Source: Nitrospinales bacterium
GTDB lineage: Bacteria > Nitrospinota > Nitrospinia > Nitrospinales > VA-1
Assembly: GCA_965223795.1 (NCBI GenBank)
Contig: CBDCXL010000002.1
Span: 928,001-992,000, forward strand
Direction of reading: 5' to 3'
Length of the DNA stretch: 64,000 nt
The notes beneath the pieces were generated by a model. It saw only the letters and a program-made list of their open reading frames with translations. It was not told the DNA's origin and made no database searches. Each line of letters begins with the position of its first letter. Position 1 is the stretch's first letter. This document shows, in pieces, positions 8,848 to 22,364 of the stretch. A program made the translations under genes and the position numbers.

Positions 8848-9818
8848 AGCCCTTCATCCTCGCTTTCCTGACGATCTGGCTGGTCTCGGGCTGCAGCTCG
8901 ACGAGCGGCAAAGCGAAGCGGTGGAAACACACGCAGAAGCGGCCGCACAAAACCTGGGCGCACTCCAAGCACAAGCGCCCGGCGCCGCCGCCGCAGACGC
9001 GGATTTCCCGGCCCGTCCCGGCAGCGGAGACGCAGACGTTTCTCAGCCCGGAACCTTCGGCGCCGCCGCGCCCGCAAAACGGCGACCGCCCGATGCCCTG
9101 GCCGACGCGGGTGCATCCCAAAGACGGGGCGACGATGGTGTATGTCCAGTCAGGCGAAACCCTGGTGGGCCAAGGCGATGAGCCGGAAGGGGTGCTGCAG
9201 GCGGGGGGCGCGCGGTTCACGAGATTGCCGGGGTTTTACATCGACCGGGTGGAGGTGACGGTGCGGCGGTTTCAGAAATTCAAACCGGCCTACGACGAGC
9301 GGGCCTACACCGACGGCGAACGCTGCCCGGACTGCCCGGCGATGGGCATCGACTGGCGTCATGCCGCGGGCTACTGCCAGTGGGCCGGCAAGCGGTTGCC
9401 CACGGAGGCGGAATGGACCGCCGCGGCACGCGGACGCGGCAACACGCCCTGGCCCTGGGGCAATGATTTTCTGCCCGAACGGGCCAATATTCTCGGCAAG
9501 GAGGACGGCGCGGTGTTCGCGGCGAGAGTCGGATCGTATCCCAAGGGGGCGAGCCCGGCCGGGGCGCTCGATATGATCGGCAATGTGTGGGAATGGGTCA
9601 GCACGGCCTACCGGCTTTCGTCGGACGCGTCCGGCGAAACGCGTATCCTGCGCATGGTCAAGGGCGGCGGCTGGGCGAGCCGGGAAAACGCCGCCCGCAT
9701 TGCGTTCCGCAACGTGGTCAAGCCGGACCTGAAAAACCCCACCTTCGGTTTCCGCTGCGCCTGGTCCCCCGGTGCGGAGGCCGACCCCAAAACGCCGCGC
9801 ACCCTCACGCGCAAGTGA
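8844..9818 (+). CDS. FGE-sulfatase/SUMF1-fold lipoprotein
   Basis: Lipobox LVSGC; KRLPTEAEW, DMIGNVWEW, KGGGW, GFRC motifs; lacks the catalytic FGE cysteine pair; ATGA overlap with the TPR gene. Confidence 0.88.
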   Translation: MKPFILAFLTIWLVSGCSSTSGKAKRWKHTQKRPHKTWAHSKHKRPAPPPQTRISRPVPAAETQTFLSPEPSAPPRPQNGDRPMPWPTRVHPKDGATMVYVQSGETLVGQGDEPEGVLQAGGARFTRLPGFYIDRVEVTVRRFQKFKPAYDERAYTDGERCPDCPAMGIDWRHAAGYCQWAGKRLPTEAEWTAAARGRGNTPWPWGNDFLPERANILGKEDGAVFAARVGSYPKGASPAGALDMIGNVWEWVSTAYRLSSDASGETRILRMVKGGGWASRENAARIAFRNVVKPDLKNPTFGFRCAWSPGAEADPKTPRTLTRK

Positions 9819-9825
9819 CCGCAAA

Positions 9826-9856
9826 ATGAAAAACCCGCCTGGTCAGGCGGGCTTTC
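9826..9856. terminator. Probable bidirectional intrinsic terminator
   Basis: AAAAA-CCCGCCT-GGTC-AGGCGGG-CTTT between the convergent FGE-fold gene and nrdJ. Confidence 0.7.
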
Positions 9857-9907
9857 CCGTATTCATGCAGAAAAAAAAACTGACTTGAGTTGCGTCCTCG
9901 CTTTTGC

Positions 9908-13513
<3,606 letters not shown>

Positions 13514-13684
13514 AAATGACCCCCAATGAAAATTAGTTTGAGATTTTTAGAGAGAATTAAATTTCGCTTGATAAGAACTAAGCGGAAATAGACTAGCTAT
13601 ACTTGATCGGTAAGAACGAAAAAGACTTGGGAGAAAAGTTCGTCTAAACGAAAAACTCTCTCCGTCAGTTTAGTTAAGCATATA

Positions 13685-13731
13685 TCACTGTATTTAGTAT
13701 AGCCGCGCAAATATTATACAACATATTGGGG
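13685..13731 (-). promoter_or_regulatory. Tandem NrdR boxes
   Basis: TCACTGTATTTAGTAT (13685-13700) and ATACAACATATTGGGG (13716-13731) resemble the acaCwAtATaTwGtgt consensus at the typical 31-bp spacing upstream of nrdJ. Confidence 0.8.
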
Positions 13732-13739
13732 TTGGTCAA
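13711..13739 (-). promoter_or_regulatory. nrdJ sigma70 promoter
   Basis: TTGACC-N17-TAATAT on the minus strand; the upstream NrdR box lies in the spacer. Confidence 0.65.
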
Positions 13740-14110
13740 TATAATTCTTGAATATTCCAAGTGTTTCGTCCTTCCAATATTTTGAAAAAATTACAGTAAG
13801 TTGTCTCTAAATTTTTCCATACAAGGTCGAGTGACATTTTTCCTGATATCAATTAGGTCACTGTCAATTACCGCTAACAATTTATTGTCTTTTTAATTTT
13901 CTCGATAATGAGATAAATTTTTTAAATCTCTGAAATTGAGAGCCGCACCAATGAAAGAGCGGGAAATCTAAAATTAAGAATTTTTTTAGATTTAGGAATT
14001 TAAGGGAAAAAATGCAAGGAATGCAGAAAAACTAACAACGGAAGGATGAAATGAGATTGAATGCTTTGTAGAACTTACTAAAGATTAAATAAGAAAACCC
14101 GGCCGCCGGC

Positions 14111-15577
14111 TCAGTTTTCCAGCACGTCGATCTCGACCTTGCCGACGAACTCCATGAGCTTGAAGGGGCCTTCGCGCGCGCCTTCGGACAGCTTGATGTG
14201 GGTCGCGTCGACGTGGTCCTGGCCGAAGGTCGGATCGAGGGCGCGCCATTCGCCGACGTACACTTCCGGCCAGGCGTGGTAGAGGAATCCCTGGAACTGG
14301 GGCGAATAGACCAGCCCGTTGACGATCTTCGTGGGGATGCCCGCGGCCCGCGCCAGCGCCGTGAACAGGTAGGTGTGCGACTGGCACTCGCCTTTTCTCT
14401 GCTTGAGGGCGTTGAGCGCGCTGACCGAATCCACCAGCGATTTTTCCAGGTTGTTGTACACCCACTGGTTGATGGTCTTCGACGCTTCCCAGGCGTCGGG
14501 AACATCCCCCACCAGCTCTTTCGCCAGTGTCCGGATCAGCCGGTGCTTAGACTGCACTTCCGGCGTTTCGGCCAGCAGTGCGGGATCGGAAAAGGCCGCG
14601 ACCGGCCGCACGGAGGGCCGCGCCACGCTGTCGGGCTCGGTGCTCACTAAAATTTCGGCGGCGTGGGTGCCGTCGGCGGACACTTCGCTGCGCAGCACTT
14701 TCTGCCGGTGGTCCTGCGGAATGAGATCGGGCGCGCGGAGTTTCGAGAGTTTCATCTTCAGCCGGCGTTTCTCACCGGGACGCGGCATCGCTTGATCGAT
14801 TTTCACGATGCTCAGCGTGATGAGGCTGCTGATGCTCATGGCGTCGTCGCCGAGCTTGCGGGCCACGTGTTCGGGTTCCAGGCGCGACTCGAAACCCTGC
14901 GAGGTGACTTCCTTGAGCACGGTGCCGTTTTCGGCGATCCACAGGGTGGATTCCATGCCGCTCATCTGGTGCTTCATCACGAAGGCCTTCACGTCGCGGC
15001 CTTCGTGCTTCACCGTTTCCTTGCGCAGGACTTCGTATTGAAGGTCGAGGAACATCTGAAAGGGTTCGAGAAACACGGCGCGCCGGCCTTTTTTGCCGAC
15101 CGCAAGCCCGTCCTTCACGATGTTGAGCAGAAACGTCGTGGAAGGCAGAGCGCTGGCTGGAAAGCGCACGCTCTGGGTCTTGTCGAAGCCCAGCCCGGTG
15201 ACGCGGTATTTGAGCCGCCCGTCCTTCACCCGGCCGTCGACTTTCTGGCGGCTGCCCATGATCTCCTGCAGCAAGGTGAACCGCTTCAGTTCCAGCTCAG
15301 GCGTCAGGTGCGTCTCCTGGGAGAACGTGGTGGTCTGGTCCACGCCCTGGCTTTTGAGCTTGAAAAACACCTTGGAGCTGACGTTCACGGCATCCTCGGT
15401 GGTCACGATCTTTGCGTAGGAGAAGCCGAGCTTTTTGCCCTTGAAATACGTTCCCATCCAGTAACTCGTTTCGCCGGGTTCAAACAGACCGGCCGCGGCG
15501 GCGGGACGGACGATGGAAACGCTCAGGAGAAAAATCAGGAAAAGCCCGAAGCGTCTGATTTTTTTATTCGGATTCAT
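14111..15577 (-). CDS. Exported transglutaminase-like (Cys-His-Asp) protein
   Basis: Signal peptide; GECQSHTYLFTALARAAGIP, YHAWPEVY, WRALDPT. Confidence 0.88.
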   Translation of the reverse strand: MNPNKKIRRFGLFLIFLLSVSIVRPAAAAGLFEPGETSYWMGTYFKGKKLGFSYAKIVTTEDAVNVSSKVFFKLKSQGVDQTTTFSQETHLTPELELKRFTLLQEIMGSRQKVDGRVKDGRLKYRVTGLGFDKTQSVRFPASALPSTTFLLNIVKDGLAVGKKGRRAVFLEPFQMFLDLQYEVLRKETVKHEGRDVKAFVMKHQMSGMESTLWIAENGTVLKEVTSQGFESRLEPEHVARKLGDDAMSISSLITLSIVKIDQAMPRPGEKRRLKMKLSKLRAPDLIPQDHRQKVLRSEVSADGTHAAEILVSTEPDSVARPSVRPVAAFSDPALLAETPEVQSKHRLIRTLAKELVGDVPDAWEASKTINQWVYNNLEKSLVDSVSALNALKQRKGECQSHTYLFTALARAAGIPTKIVNGLVYSPQFQGFLYHAWPEVYVGEWRALDPTFGQDHVDATHIKLSEGAREGPFKLMEFVGKVEIDVLEN

Positions 15578-15831
15578 GCTATTCAGGTTAACAACAGGGC
15601 GCGCAAAAATCGAGGAGGAATTGAACCGCCGGGCGATTTTCCACCGGCCGCCCGCGCGACGGCCCGCGGCGTCCGCAAAACAATGGACGGAATTTCAGTT
15701 CTTTTTTTATTGCGGTTGCGCGCAAGCGGTGGGAGTCTTATTTTTAGTTCATATTCAAATTGGGGGCGTGCTAGTATTACAGCTTTATTTTCTTCCATCA
15801 ACCGGCCGCACCCATCCATTAAGAAAACCCG

Positions 15832-17298
15832 ATGCTGGATCCGCAGAAAATAAAAACCTATCTCACTTTCGACGACGTGCTGCTGCTGCCGGCCCATTCC
15901 AAAGTGCTGCCGGGGGAAGTGGACATCTCGACCCAGCTGACGCGCACGATCCGCCTCAACTGCCCGCTGGTCTCCTCGCCCATGGACACGGTCACCGAGA
16001 GCCAGATGGCGATCGCGCTGGCGCAGGAGGGCGGCATCGGCATCATCCACCGCAACCTGCCTGCGGACCTGCAGCGCAAGATGGTGGACAAGGTCAAGCG
16101 CTCGGTCAGCGTGATGATCACCGATCCCATCACCATGGAGCCGGACCAGAAGATCCACGAGGCGCTGGAGGTGATGAAGAAATACAACATCTCCGGCATC
16201 CCCGTCACCAACCACAACAAGCTGGCGGGCATCCTCACCAATCGCGATCTCCGGTTCGAGACGGACCTTGAAAAACCGATCCGCGACCTGATGACCAAGG
16301 ACAATTTGGTGACGATCGCCGAGGGCACGCCGCTGCAAAAATCCAAAGAGCTTCTGCACGACAACCGCATCGAGAAGCTGCTGGTGGTGGACGGCAACGG
16401 CACCCTGAAGGGGCTGCTGACGATCAAGGACATCGAAAAGGCCGGCAAGTACCCGATGGCGGCGAAGGACGATAAAGGCCGCCTGCGGGTGGGCGCGGCG
16501 CTGGGCGTCTCGACGAACCCGCTGGAGCAGACCGAGGATTTGATCCGCGTCGGTCTGGACGTGCTGGTGATCGACAGCGCGCACGGGCATTCGGAGAAGG
16601 TGCTGCAAAGCATCCGCGACATCAAGCGGCACTTTCCGGACCTGCCGGTCATCGGCGGCAACGTGGCGACGGCGGAAGGGACGGAGGATCTCATCAAGGC
16701 GGGCGCCGACGCGGTGAAGGTGGGCATCGGCCCCGGTTCGATCTGCACGACGCGCGTGGTCACGGGCGTGGGCGTGCCGCAGATCTCGGCGATCGTGGAA
16801 TGCGTTCGGGTGGCGCAGAAAAAAGGCGTGCCGGTGATTTCGGACGGCGGCATCAAGCACTCGGGCGACACCGCCAAGGCCCTCGCGGCGGGCGCGCACA
16901 GCGTCATGATCGGTTCGCTGTTCGCCGGCACCGAGGAAAGCCCCGGCGAGAAGATCCTGTACCAGGGCCGCAGCTACAAGGAATACCGCGGCATGGGTTC
17001 GATCGGCGCGATGTCGCAGGGGTCGGGCGACCGCTATTTCCAGGACCGCGAACTTTCCGAAAGCAAGCTGGTGCCGGAAGGCGTCGAGGCGCGCATTCCC
17101 TACCGCGGGTCGCTGTCGTTCACGGTGCACCAGATCCTGGGCGGACTGCGCGCGGCGATGGGCTACTGCGGCTGCGCCGACATCGAAGCGCTGCGCAAGG
17201 ACGCCACGTTCATCAAGATCACCCCTTCCGGACTGCGGGAAAGCCACGTGCACGACGTGATCGTGACCAAGGAAGCGCCCAACTACCACATCGAATGA
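15832..17298 (+). CDS. guaB: IMP dehydrogenase with CBS pair
   Basis: [40 protein letters not shown]. Confidence 0.98.
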   Translation: MLDPQKIKTYLTFDDVLLLPAHSKVLPGEVDISTQLTRTIRLNCPLVSSPMDTVTESQMAIALAQEGGIGIIHRNLPADLQRKMVDKVKRSVSVMITDPITMEPDQKIHEALEVMKKYNISGIPVTNHNKLAGILTNRDLRFETDLEKPIRDLMTKDNLVTIAEGTPLQKSKELLHDNRIEKLLVVDGNGTLKGLLTIKDIEKAGKYPMAAKDDKGRLRVGAALGVSTNPLEQTEDLIRVGLDVLVIDSAHGHSEKVLQSIRDIKRHFPDLPVIGGNVATAEGTEDLIKAGADAVKVGIGPGSICTTRVVTGVGVPQISAIVECVRVAQKKGVPVISDGGIKHSGDTAKALAAGAHSVMIGSLFAGTEESPGEKILYQGRSYKEYRGMGSIGAMSQGSGDRYFQDRELSESKLVPEGVEARIPYRGSLSFTVHQILGGLRAAMGYCGCADIEALRKDATFIKITPSGLRESHVHDVIVTKEAPNYHIE

Positions 17299-17342
17299 CC
17301 GTGACCGCACCCGATTCACCGACAGCATCCGGACGGCCCTCC

Positions 17343-17368
17343 CCGCTCACGGCGGGAGCGGCGTTTTT
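17343..17368 (+). terminator. Possible weak terminator-like hairpin between guaB and guaA
   Basis: CCGCTC-ACGGCGG-GAGCGG followed by CGTTTTT. Confidence 0.35.
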
Positions 17369-17395
17369 CATTTCCCCATCACCGCAAACGCACGC

Positions 17396-18949
17396 ATGAC
17401 ATCCAATTCGCTGCACAAAGAGGAAATTCTGATCCTGGATTTCGGGTCGCAGTACACCCAGAACATCGCGCGCAAGGTGCGCGAATGCCAGGTGTACTGC
17501 CAGATCCATCCGTACGACCTGTCGCTCGACGACATCAAGAAGTTCAACCCGAAGGGCATCATCCTTTCGGGCGGACCGGCGAGCGTGCTGGCTCCCGACG
17601 CGCCGCTGTGCGACCGTGGGATCTTCGAGCTGGGCATCCCCATCCTGGGCATCTGCTACGGCATGCAGCTCATCACGCACCTGCTGCACGGAACGGTGAA
17701 CCCGGCGCCGGAAAAGGAATACGGCCGGGCGGAACTGATGATCAAGGAATTCTCGCACCTGTTCAACGGCGTCAACAACAAGTCGATCGTGTGGATGAGC
17801 CACGGCGACAAGATCTCGAAGCTGCCCATCGGCTTCAAGACCACCTCGTTCACGGCGAACTCGCCGATCGCGGCGATGGAAAAGCCGCTCACCAAAGTGT
17901 ACGGACTGCAGTTTCATCCCGAAGTGGTGCACACGACCGAAGGGAAAAAGATCCTGGAAAATTTCATGTTCGGCATCTGCGGCTGCAACGCCAACTGGAA
18001 AACCCATTCGCTGGTCGAATACATGATCGGCGACATCAAAAAGAAGGTGAAAAAAGCCAAGGTGCTGTGCGCGCTGAGCGGCGGCGTCGATTCGTCGGTG
18101 GTGGCGCGGCTGGTGCACCGGGCGCTGGGCAAGAACCTGACCTGCATCTTCATCGACAACGGGCTGCTGCGGCTGGGCGAGCGGGAGAAGGTGGTCAAGA
18201 CCTTCAAGGAAAATTTCCACATCAACCTGGAAGTGGTGGACGCGGCGGAGGAATTTTTAAACGCGCTCAAAGACGTCACCGATCCGGAGGAGAAACGCAA
18301 GATCATCGGCAACGTGTTCATCGAGGTGTTCGAGCGGGAAGCGCCGCGGCTCGGCAAGTTCACGTATCTCGCGCAGGGCACGCTGTACCCGGACGTCATC
18401 GAGTCGGTGTCGCACAAGGGACCCTCGGCGGTGATCAAGACGCACCACAACGTCGGCGGGCTGCCGGAAAAGATGGAGTTCAAACTTTTAGAGCCGCTCA
18501 GGGAACTGTTCAAGGACGAGGTGCGCAACCTGGGCCGCGAGCTCGGCATTCCCGAGGAGATCATCAACCGCCAGCCCTTCCCCGGACCGGGGCTCGCCAT
18601 CCGCATCCTGGAAGCGGTGACGCACGAACGGCTGGAGATCCTGCGCGCGGCGGACAGGATCGTGCTGGAAGAGATCAAGGCGTCGGGCTTCTACAACAAG
18701 ATCTGGCAGGCGTTCGCGGTACTGCTGCCGGTCAAGTCGGTGGGCGTGATGGGCGATGCGCGCACCTACGAAAACGTGGTGGGCATCCGCGCCGTCACCA
18801 GCAGCGACGGCATGACCGCCGACTGGGTGCACCTGCCCTACGACATCCTGGCGCGGCTCTCCAACCGCATCATCAACGAAGTGAAGGGCGTGAACCGCGT
18901 CGTCTACGACATCAGCTCCAAACCCCCCAGCACGATTGAGTGGGAGTGA
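17396..18949 (+). CDS. guaA: GMP synthase (glutamine-hydrolysing)
   Basis: [51 protein letters not shown]. Confidence 0.98.
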   Translation: MTSNSLHKEEILILDFGSQYTQNIARKVRECQVYCQIHPYDLSLDDIKKFNPKGIILSGGPASVLAPDAPLCDRGIFELGIPILGICYGMQLITHLLHGTVNPAPEKEYGRAELMIKEFSHLFNGVNNKSIVWMSHGDKISKLPIGFKTTSFTANSPIAAMEKPLTKVYGLQFHPEVVHTTEGKKILENFMFGICGCNANWKTHSLVEYMIGDIKKKVKKAKVLCALSGGVDSSVVARLVHRALGKNLTCIFIDNGLLRLGEREKVVKTFKENFHINLEVVDAAEEFLNALKDVTDPEEKRKIIGNVFIEVFEREAPRLGKFTYLAQGTLYPDVIESVSHKGPSAVIKTHHNVGGLPEKMEFKLLEPLRELFKDEVRNLGRELGIPEEIINRQPFPGPGLAIRILEAVTHERLEILRAADRIVLEEIKASGFYNKIWQAFAVLLPVKSVGVMGDARTYENVVGIRAVTSSDGMTADWVHLPYDILARLSNRIINEVKGVNRVVYDISSKPPSTIEWE

Positions 18950-19700
18950 AAAATTATTTTTCTAAAAGCACAGGCCAATCATTAATCAACATTTTCTAAT
19001 AATTCGCTTTCCTCTCCGAATAGTATTAAATTTTCCCCGGGACATATATTCTCATCAACAGGTTGCCGCACAGATTTGTACGCAATCCCTCGGATGTTAT
19101 TTTGGTATGCGTATTGCGAAATTAATTGTGTTAAGGGATAAATTTTCTCGTCTCTAGCAAAAATTATTTGCTCATAAAATTCCTGTCTATTTTCTATAAA
19201 TCCATTTTCTTTAAGATAAATTAATAAGTTGCAATCCTTTGATAGCAAATCAAGTATGGGAGTTTTATTTTTTAGTTTTCTTGTTAAAGGATAACCATAG
19301 GTTTTTGGATTTTTTTTTACAGAAGGATTTATATAACCTTCATAGTCCTTAAATGTAAAATCAGGTTTGTTCCTAAAAAAGGGTTCAGTTTCAAATAAAG
19401 CGGTAGGAAAATCACTTGCAAAATATGCCACCTTTTCCTTATTTAAACTAAATCTACCGTTGGCAATGTAAGCAAATTCCCGAAGATATGGAGTTTCATT
19501 CAGTGTTTCACTATTGCCTTTTTTAAACTTTTGATTTTCGAATCCATTATTTTCAACAGACCATAGATATAATTTTGAATGCCACCATTCTCTTGAATAA
19601 AAACTTTCTTTCTCAATTAAAAAGTCATTCCATTTTTCTTCAGGAATTTTTTTTAATATTTCATCCAACTCTTCAACATTCATTTTATTTACGATTGAGT
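18932..19700. mobile_element. AT-rich islet at the guaA 3' end flanked by the 10-bp direct repeat ACGATTGAGT (no integrase)
   Basis: ACGATTGAGT occurs at 18932-18941 (last guaA codons) and at 19691-19700, with an abrupt GC drop between them. Confidence 0.55.
18982..19683 (-). CDS. RES-domain protein (putative NAD+-targeting toxin family), orphan
   Basis: NGRFS...YFASDFPTALFE...GIAYKSVR...GENLILF matches the RES pattern; very AT-rich codon usage. Confidence 0.72.
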   Translation of the reverse strand: MNVEELDEILKKIPEEKWNDFLIEKESFYSREWWHSKLYLWSVENNGFENQKFKKGNSETLNETPYLREFAYIANGRFSLNKEKVAYFASDFPTALFETEPFFRNKPDFTFKDYEGYINPSVKKNPKTYGYPLTRKLKNKTPILDLLSKDCNLLIYLKENGFIENRQEFYEQIIFARDEKIYPLTQLISQYAYQNNIRGIAYKSVRQPVDENICPGENLILFGEESELLENVD

Positions 19701-19714
19701 TAAGCTAAACAGGT

Positions 19715-20308
19715 TTAAACTCCCCTTTTTTTCTTCCTTCTCAGATATACATACAACGCCCCATCGCCGCCGTGTTTGGGCTGCGCCGGGGCGAACGTGA
19801 TCACCTTTGCCGCGAGCGGCGGTTCGGCAAGCCAGCGCGGCACCTGTTTTTTCAACACGCCCGCCTCCGGCTCGAACCAGTCCCCCTCTTCCTGACGCAC
19901 GCTGCCGCCCTTGCCGGTGACCACCAGCAGGCAGCGCTTGCCCTGTTCGTAGCCCGCTTCGATGAAATGCGCCAGCTCGCCGTGCGCCTGCACCTTGGAG
20001 TGGCCGTGCAAATCGAGCGTGCCTTCGATGGGGATCTGCCCCCGGCGCAGTCTTTCCCCGGTGCGTTTGTCGATGCCCGCGGCGGGCGGCGGCTCCTGGG
20101 TTTCGGCGGGGATCCCGAGCGACGGTTGAGGCGGAGGCGCATCGTTCCCGGTTTCGCTTTCGGTCTCGACGGCTTCTTCAGGCGGTTCGGGTTCTTCCGG
20201 CTCTTCGTCTTTTTGGATCGGCCGCACGTCCTGCATGGCCGAGCGCCACAGCGCGTCGTCTTCGGTGCCCGGCTTTTTGGACTTCTTCTTTTTGCCGCGC
20301 CCGGTCAC
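19715..20308 (-). CDS. Stand-alone Smr/MutS2-domain protein
   Basis: LDLHG, LVVTGKG, VPRWL, HGGDGALYVYLR. Confidence 0.9.
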   Translation of the reverse strand: MTGRGKKKKSKKPGTEDDALWRSAMQDVRPIQKDEEPEEPEPPEEAVETESETGNDAPPPQPSLGIPAETQEPPPAAGIDKRTGERLRRGQIPIEGTLDLHGHSKVQAHGELAHFIEAGYEQGKRCLLVVTGKGGSVRQEEGDWFEPEAGVLKKQVPRWLAEPPLAAKVITFAPAQPKHGGDGALYVYLRRKKKRGV

Positions 20309-20314
20309 GGCACG

Positions 20315-22354
20315 TCACCGGGGGCTGGCCGCGATGTTGCCGCCGTCGATGGTCAGGATGGAGCCGGTGGTCTTTTCCGCGAGCGCGAGGTCGAGGAAGC
20401 CCTGAGCCACATCGGTGTCGTAGACTTCCCGTTCGAGCAGGTTGTTCCTGAAATAATCGTCCGGAGACAGGCCGCGCGCGGCGGCGCGTTCCTGTATCAC
20501 CTGCTCGGTGAACAGGCCGGTGCGCACGCGGTCGGCGTTGACGGCGTTGGCGCGGATGCCTTCCTTGCCGTAATCGAGGGCGTACTGCTTGGTGAGCGCC
20601 ACGACGGCGGATTTGGGCAGGGCATACGGGCCGAAGTCCTTGCCGGGGTTGAACGCGGCTTTGGAGGCGTTGAACAGCAGCACGCCGCCGGTTCCCTGGG
20701 CGAGAAAAATTTTCACGGCGCGCGAAGCGAAGCTCTGGTGGGCGAAAAAATTGAGATCGAAACTGGCGCGCAGCTCCTGCGACGAAACGGAGCCGATCTT
20801 TCCCTGCACGGCGTTGCCCGCGTTGGAGATCAGGATGTCGAGTCCGCCGTAGGTACGGACCAGCGTCTCGAATGCGGACGACACGGCGCTTTCGTCGGTC
20901 ACGTCGCAGACCTTCACGGTCACGCTGGCGCCGGTGTCTTTGACGAGCGCTTCTTTCGCCTTGTCGAGCGCGCCGCTATCGCGGTCGATGAGGAACAGGT
21001 TGGCGCCGTGGCTGCCGAAAAGGCGGGCGGTGGCGAGGCCGATCCCCGACGCCGCGCCGGTGATGAGCGCGATGCGCCCCTGAAGGGGTTTGGGTTTGTT
21101 CCTGCCGAGCTTCGCCTGCTCGAGCGACCAGTACTCCATGTCGAACAGGTCACTGGCGTTGAGCGGCGTGTACTCGCCGACGCTGTAGGCTTTGTGGATG
21201 ATGTCGACGGTGTGCTGGTAGATGTCGGCGGCGATGCGGGTTTCTTTGGTGGTTTTGCCGATGGTGACGAGCCCGGCCCCGGCGACGAGCAGCACGCGCG
21301 GCAGCGGATCGAGTTCCTTTTTGTTCACGCCTTTTTCCTGCTGGCAGGTTTTAAAATAATCGCGGTAACCGGCGATGTACGCCTCCAGCGCCTGTTCGGT
21401 CGCGGCGCGCAGGTTTTCGGGATCGTCCGCATCGACTCGAAGCAGCATCGGCTTCTGCTTGGTGCGGATGACGTGATCGGGCGTCGCCGTCCCCACCTGC
21501 GACCAGCGTTCGCATTCTTTGCTCTCCGCAAACGCGCGCGCGGCGGCGTCCTCGCGGTGGTGCAGCACCCACGACGCGCCGCTCTTTTCCCGGTACAGCC
21601 CGCGCAGCACGGGCGCGAGCGCGGTGAGCGGGTCTTTGCCGTTGCTTGCGGGCGTGAGCGCTTTGGTCTTTTGGGCGGCGATGTACTGCTCCGCCTGGGT
21701 CACCGCCTCGATGTGGCGGTCGTAACTCTCCTTCGCGGTGCCGCCGAAGGTGAACAGGCCGTGGTTTTCCAGCAGCAGTCCCTTCACTTTTGGATTCGCT
21801 TCGTAGGCCTCGGCGGCGGCCTTGGCGAGCAGGAACCCCGGCATGATGTAGGGCACCCAGCCGATGGCGCCCTTGAAGATCGTTTCGCACAGGGCCTTCA
21901 CGTCGGGCTGGTTGGCGATCACGAGGATGGCGTCGGCGTGCGAATGATCGACGAATTTGTGCGGCAGAAAGGCGTGCAGCAGCGTTTCCACGGACGGGTT
22001 GGGCGAGGACGCGTCGAGCAGGTTGATGCGCTGCTCGTTCACCATGTCCTCGTCGCTCAGGCTGTCGAGCCCGCGCAGCTTGAGCAGCGGTTCCAGTTTC
22101 ACGCCCGGCAGCCCCGGCGGTTCCAGGGTGTCGAGGTCCCAGCCGCTGCCCTTGACGAACAGGGCCCGCAACGATTCGCCGACGCGGTTTTTGGTTTCGG
22201 ATTTCACGGAGGTGTTGCCGCCGCCGTGCAGCACCAGCGCCGGGTCCGCGCCGATCAGGCGCGAGGTGTAAACGCGCAGGGCGATGTCCTCGCCGTGGTC
22301 TTGATAGGTTTTGATCGCGGCCTGGGCGTCGCCGTCGTTCCATCGGTTTTTCAT
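20315..22354 (-). CDS. Bifunctional class II aldolase / short-chain dehydrogenase (RhaD-SDR, YuxG-like)
   Basis: True start likely ATG 22354 (MKNRWND). LVLHGGGNTSVK, PSVETLLH, HSHAD, NHGL; SDR TGAASGIG, NAG, YALPK; IDGGN. Confidence 0.9.
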   Translation of the reverse strand: MKNRWNDGDAQAAIKTYQDHGEDIALRVYTSRLIGADPALVLHGGGNTSVKSETKNRVGESLRALFVKGSGWDLDTLEPPGLPGVKLEPLLKLRGLDSLSDEDMVNEQRINLLDASSPNPSVETLLHAFLPHKFVDHSHADAILVIANQPDVKALCETIFKGAIGWVPYIMPGFLLAKAAAEAYEANPKVKGLLLENHGLFTFGGTAKESYDRHIEAVTQAEQYIAAQKTKALTPASNGKDPLTALAPVLRGLYREKSGASWVLHHREDAAARAFAESKECERWSQVGTATPDHVIRTKQKPMLLRVDADDPENLRAATEQALEAYIAGYRDYFKTCQQEKGVNKKELDPLPRVLLVAGAGLVTIGKTTKETRIAADIYQHTVDIIHKAYSVGEYTPLNASDLFDMEYWSLEQAKLGRNKPKPLQGRIALITGAASGIGLATARLFGSHGANLFLIDRDSGALDKAKEALVKDTGASVTVKVCDVTDESAVSSAFETLVRTYGGLDILISNAGNAVQGKIGSVSSQELRASFDLNFFAHQSFASRAVKIFLAQGTGGVLLFNASKAAFNPGKDFGPYALPKSAVVALTKQYALDYGKEGIRANAVNADRVRTGLFTEQVIQERAAARGLSPDDYFRNNLLEREVYDTDVAQGFLDLALAEKTTGSILTIDGGNIAASPR

Positions 22355-22364
22355 GATCGCTCTT

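Noticed and set aside
8844..9818. FGE/C-type-lectin fold as a possible diversity-generating retroelement target
   Set aside because: No reverse transcriptase and no template/variable repeat pair seen in the window.
13514..13710. Cobalamin riboswitch upstream of nrdJ
   Set aside because: No B12-box or conserved core recognisable; NrdR boxes explain the regulation.
13514..14110. Replication origin in the AT-rich gap
   Set aside because: No cluster of DnaA boxes (TTATCCACA) seen and no origin-associated genes nearby.
19684..19714. Integron attC/attI-like site beside the RES gene
   Set aside because: GTTTAGC does not fit GTTRRRY, no attC hairpin follows the gene, and there is no integrase.
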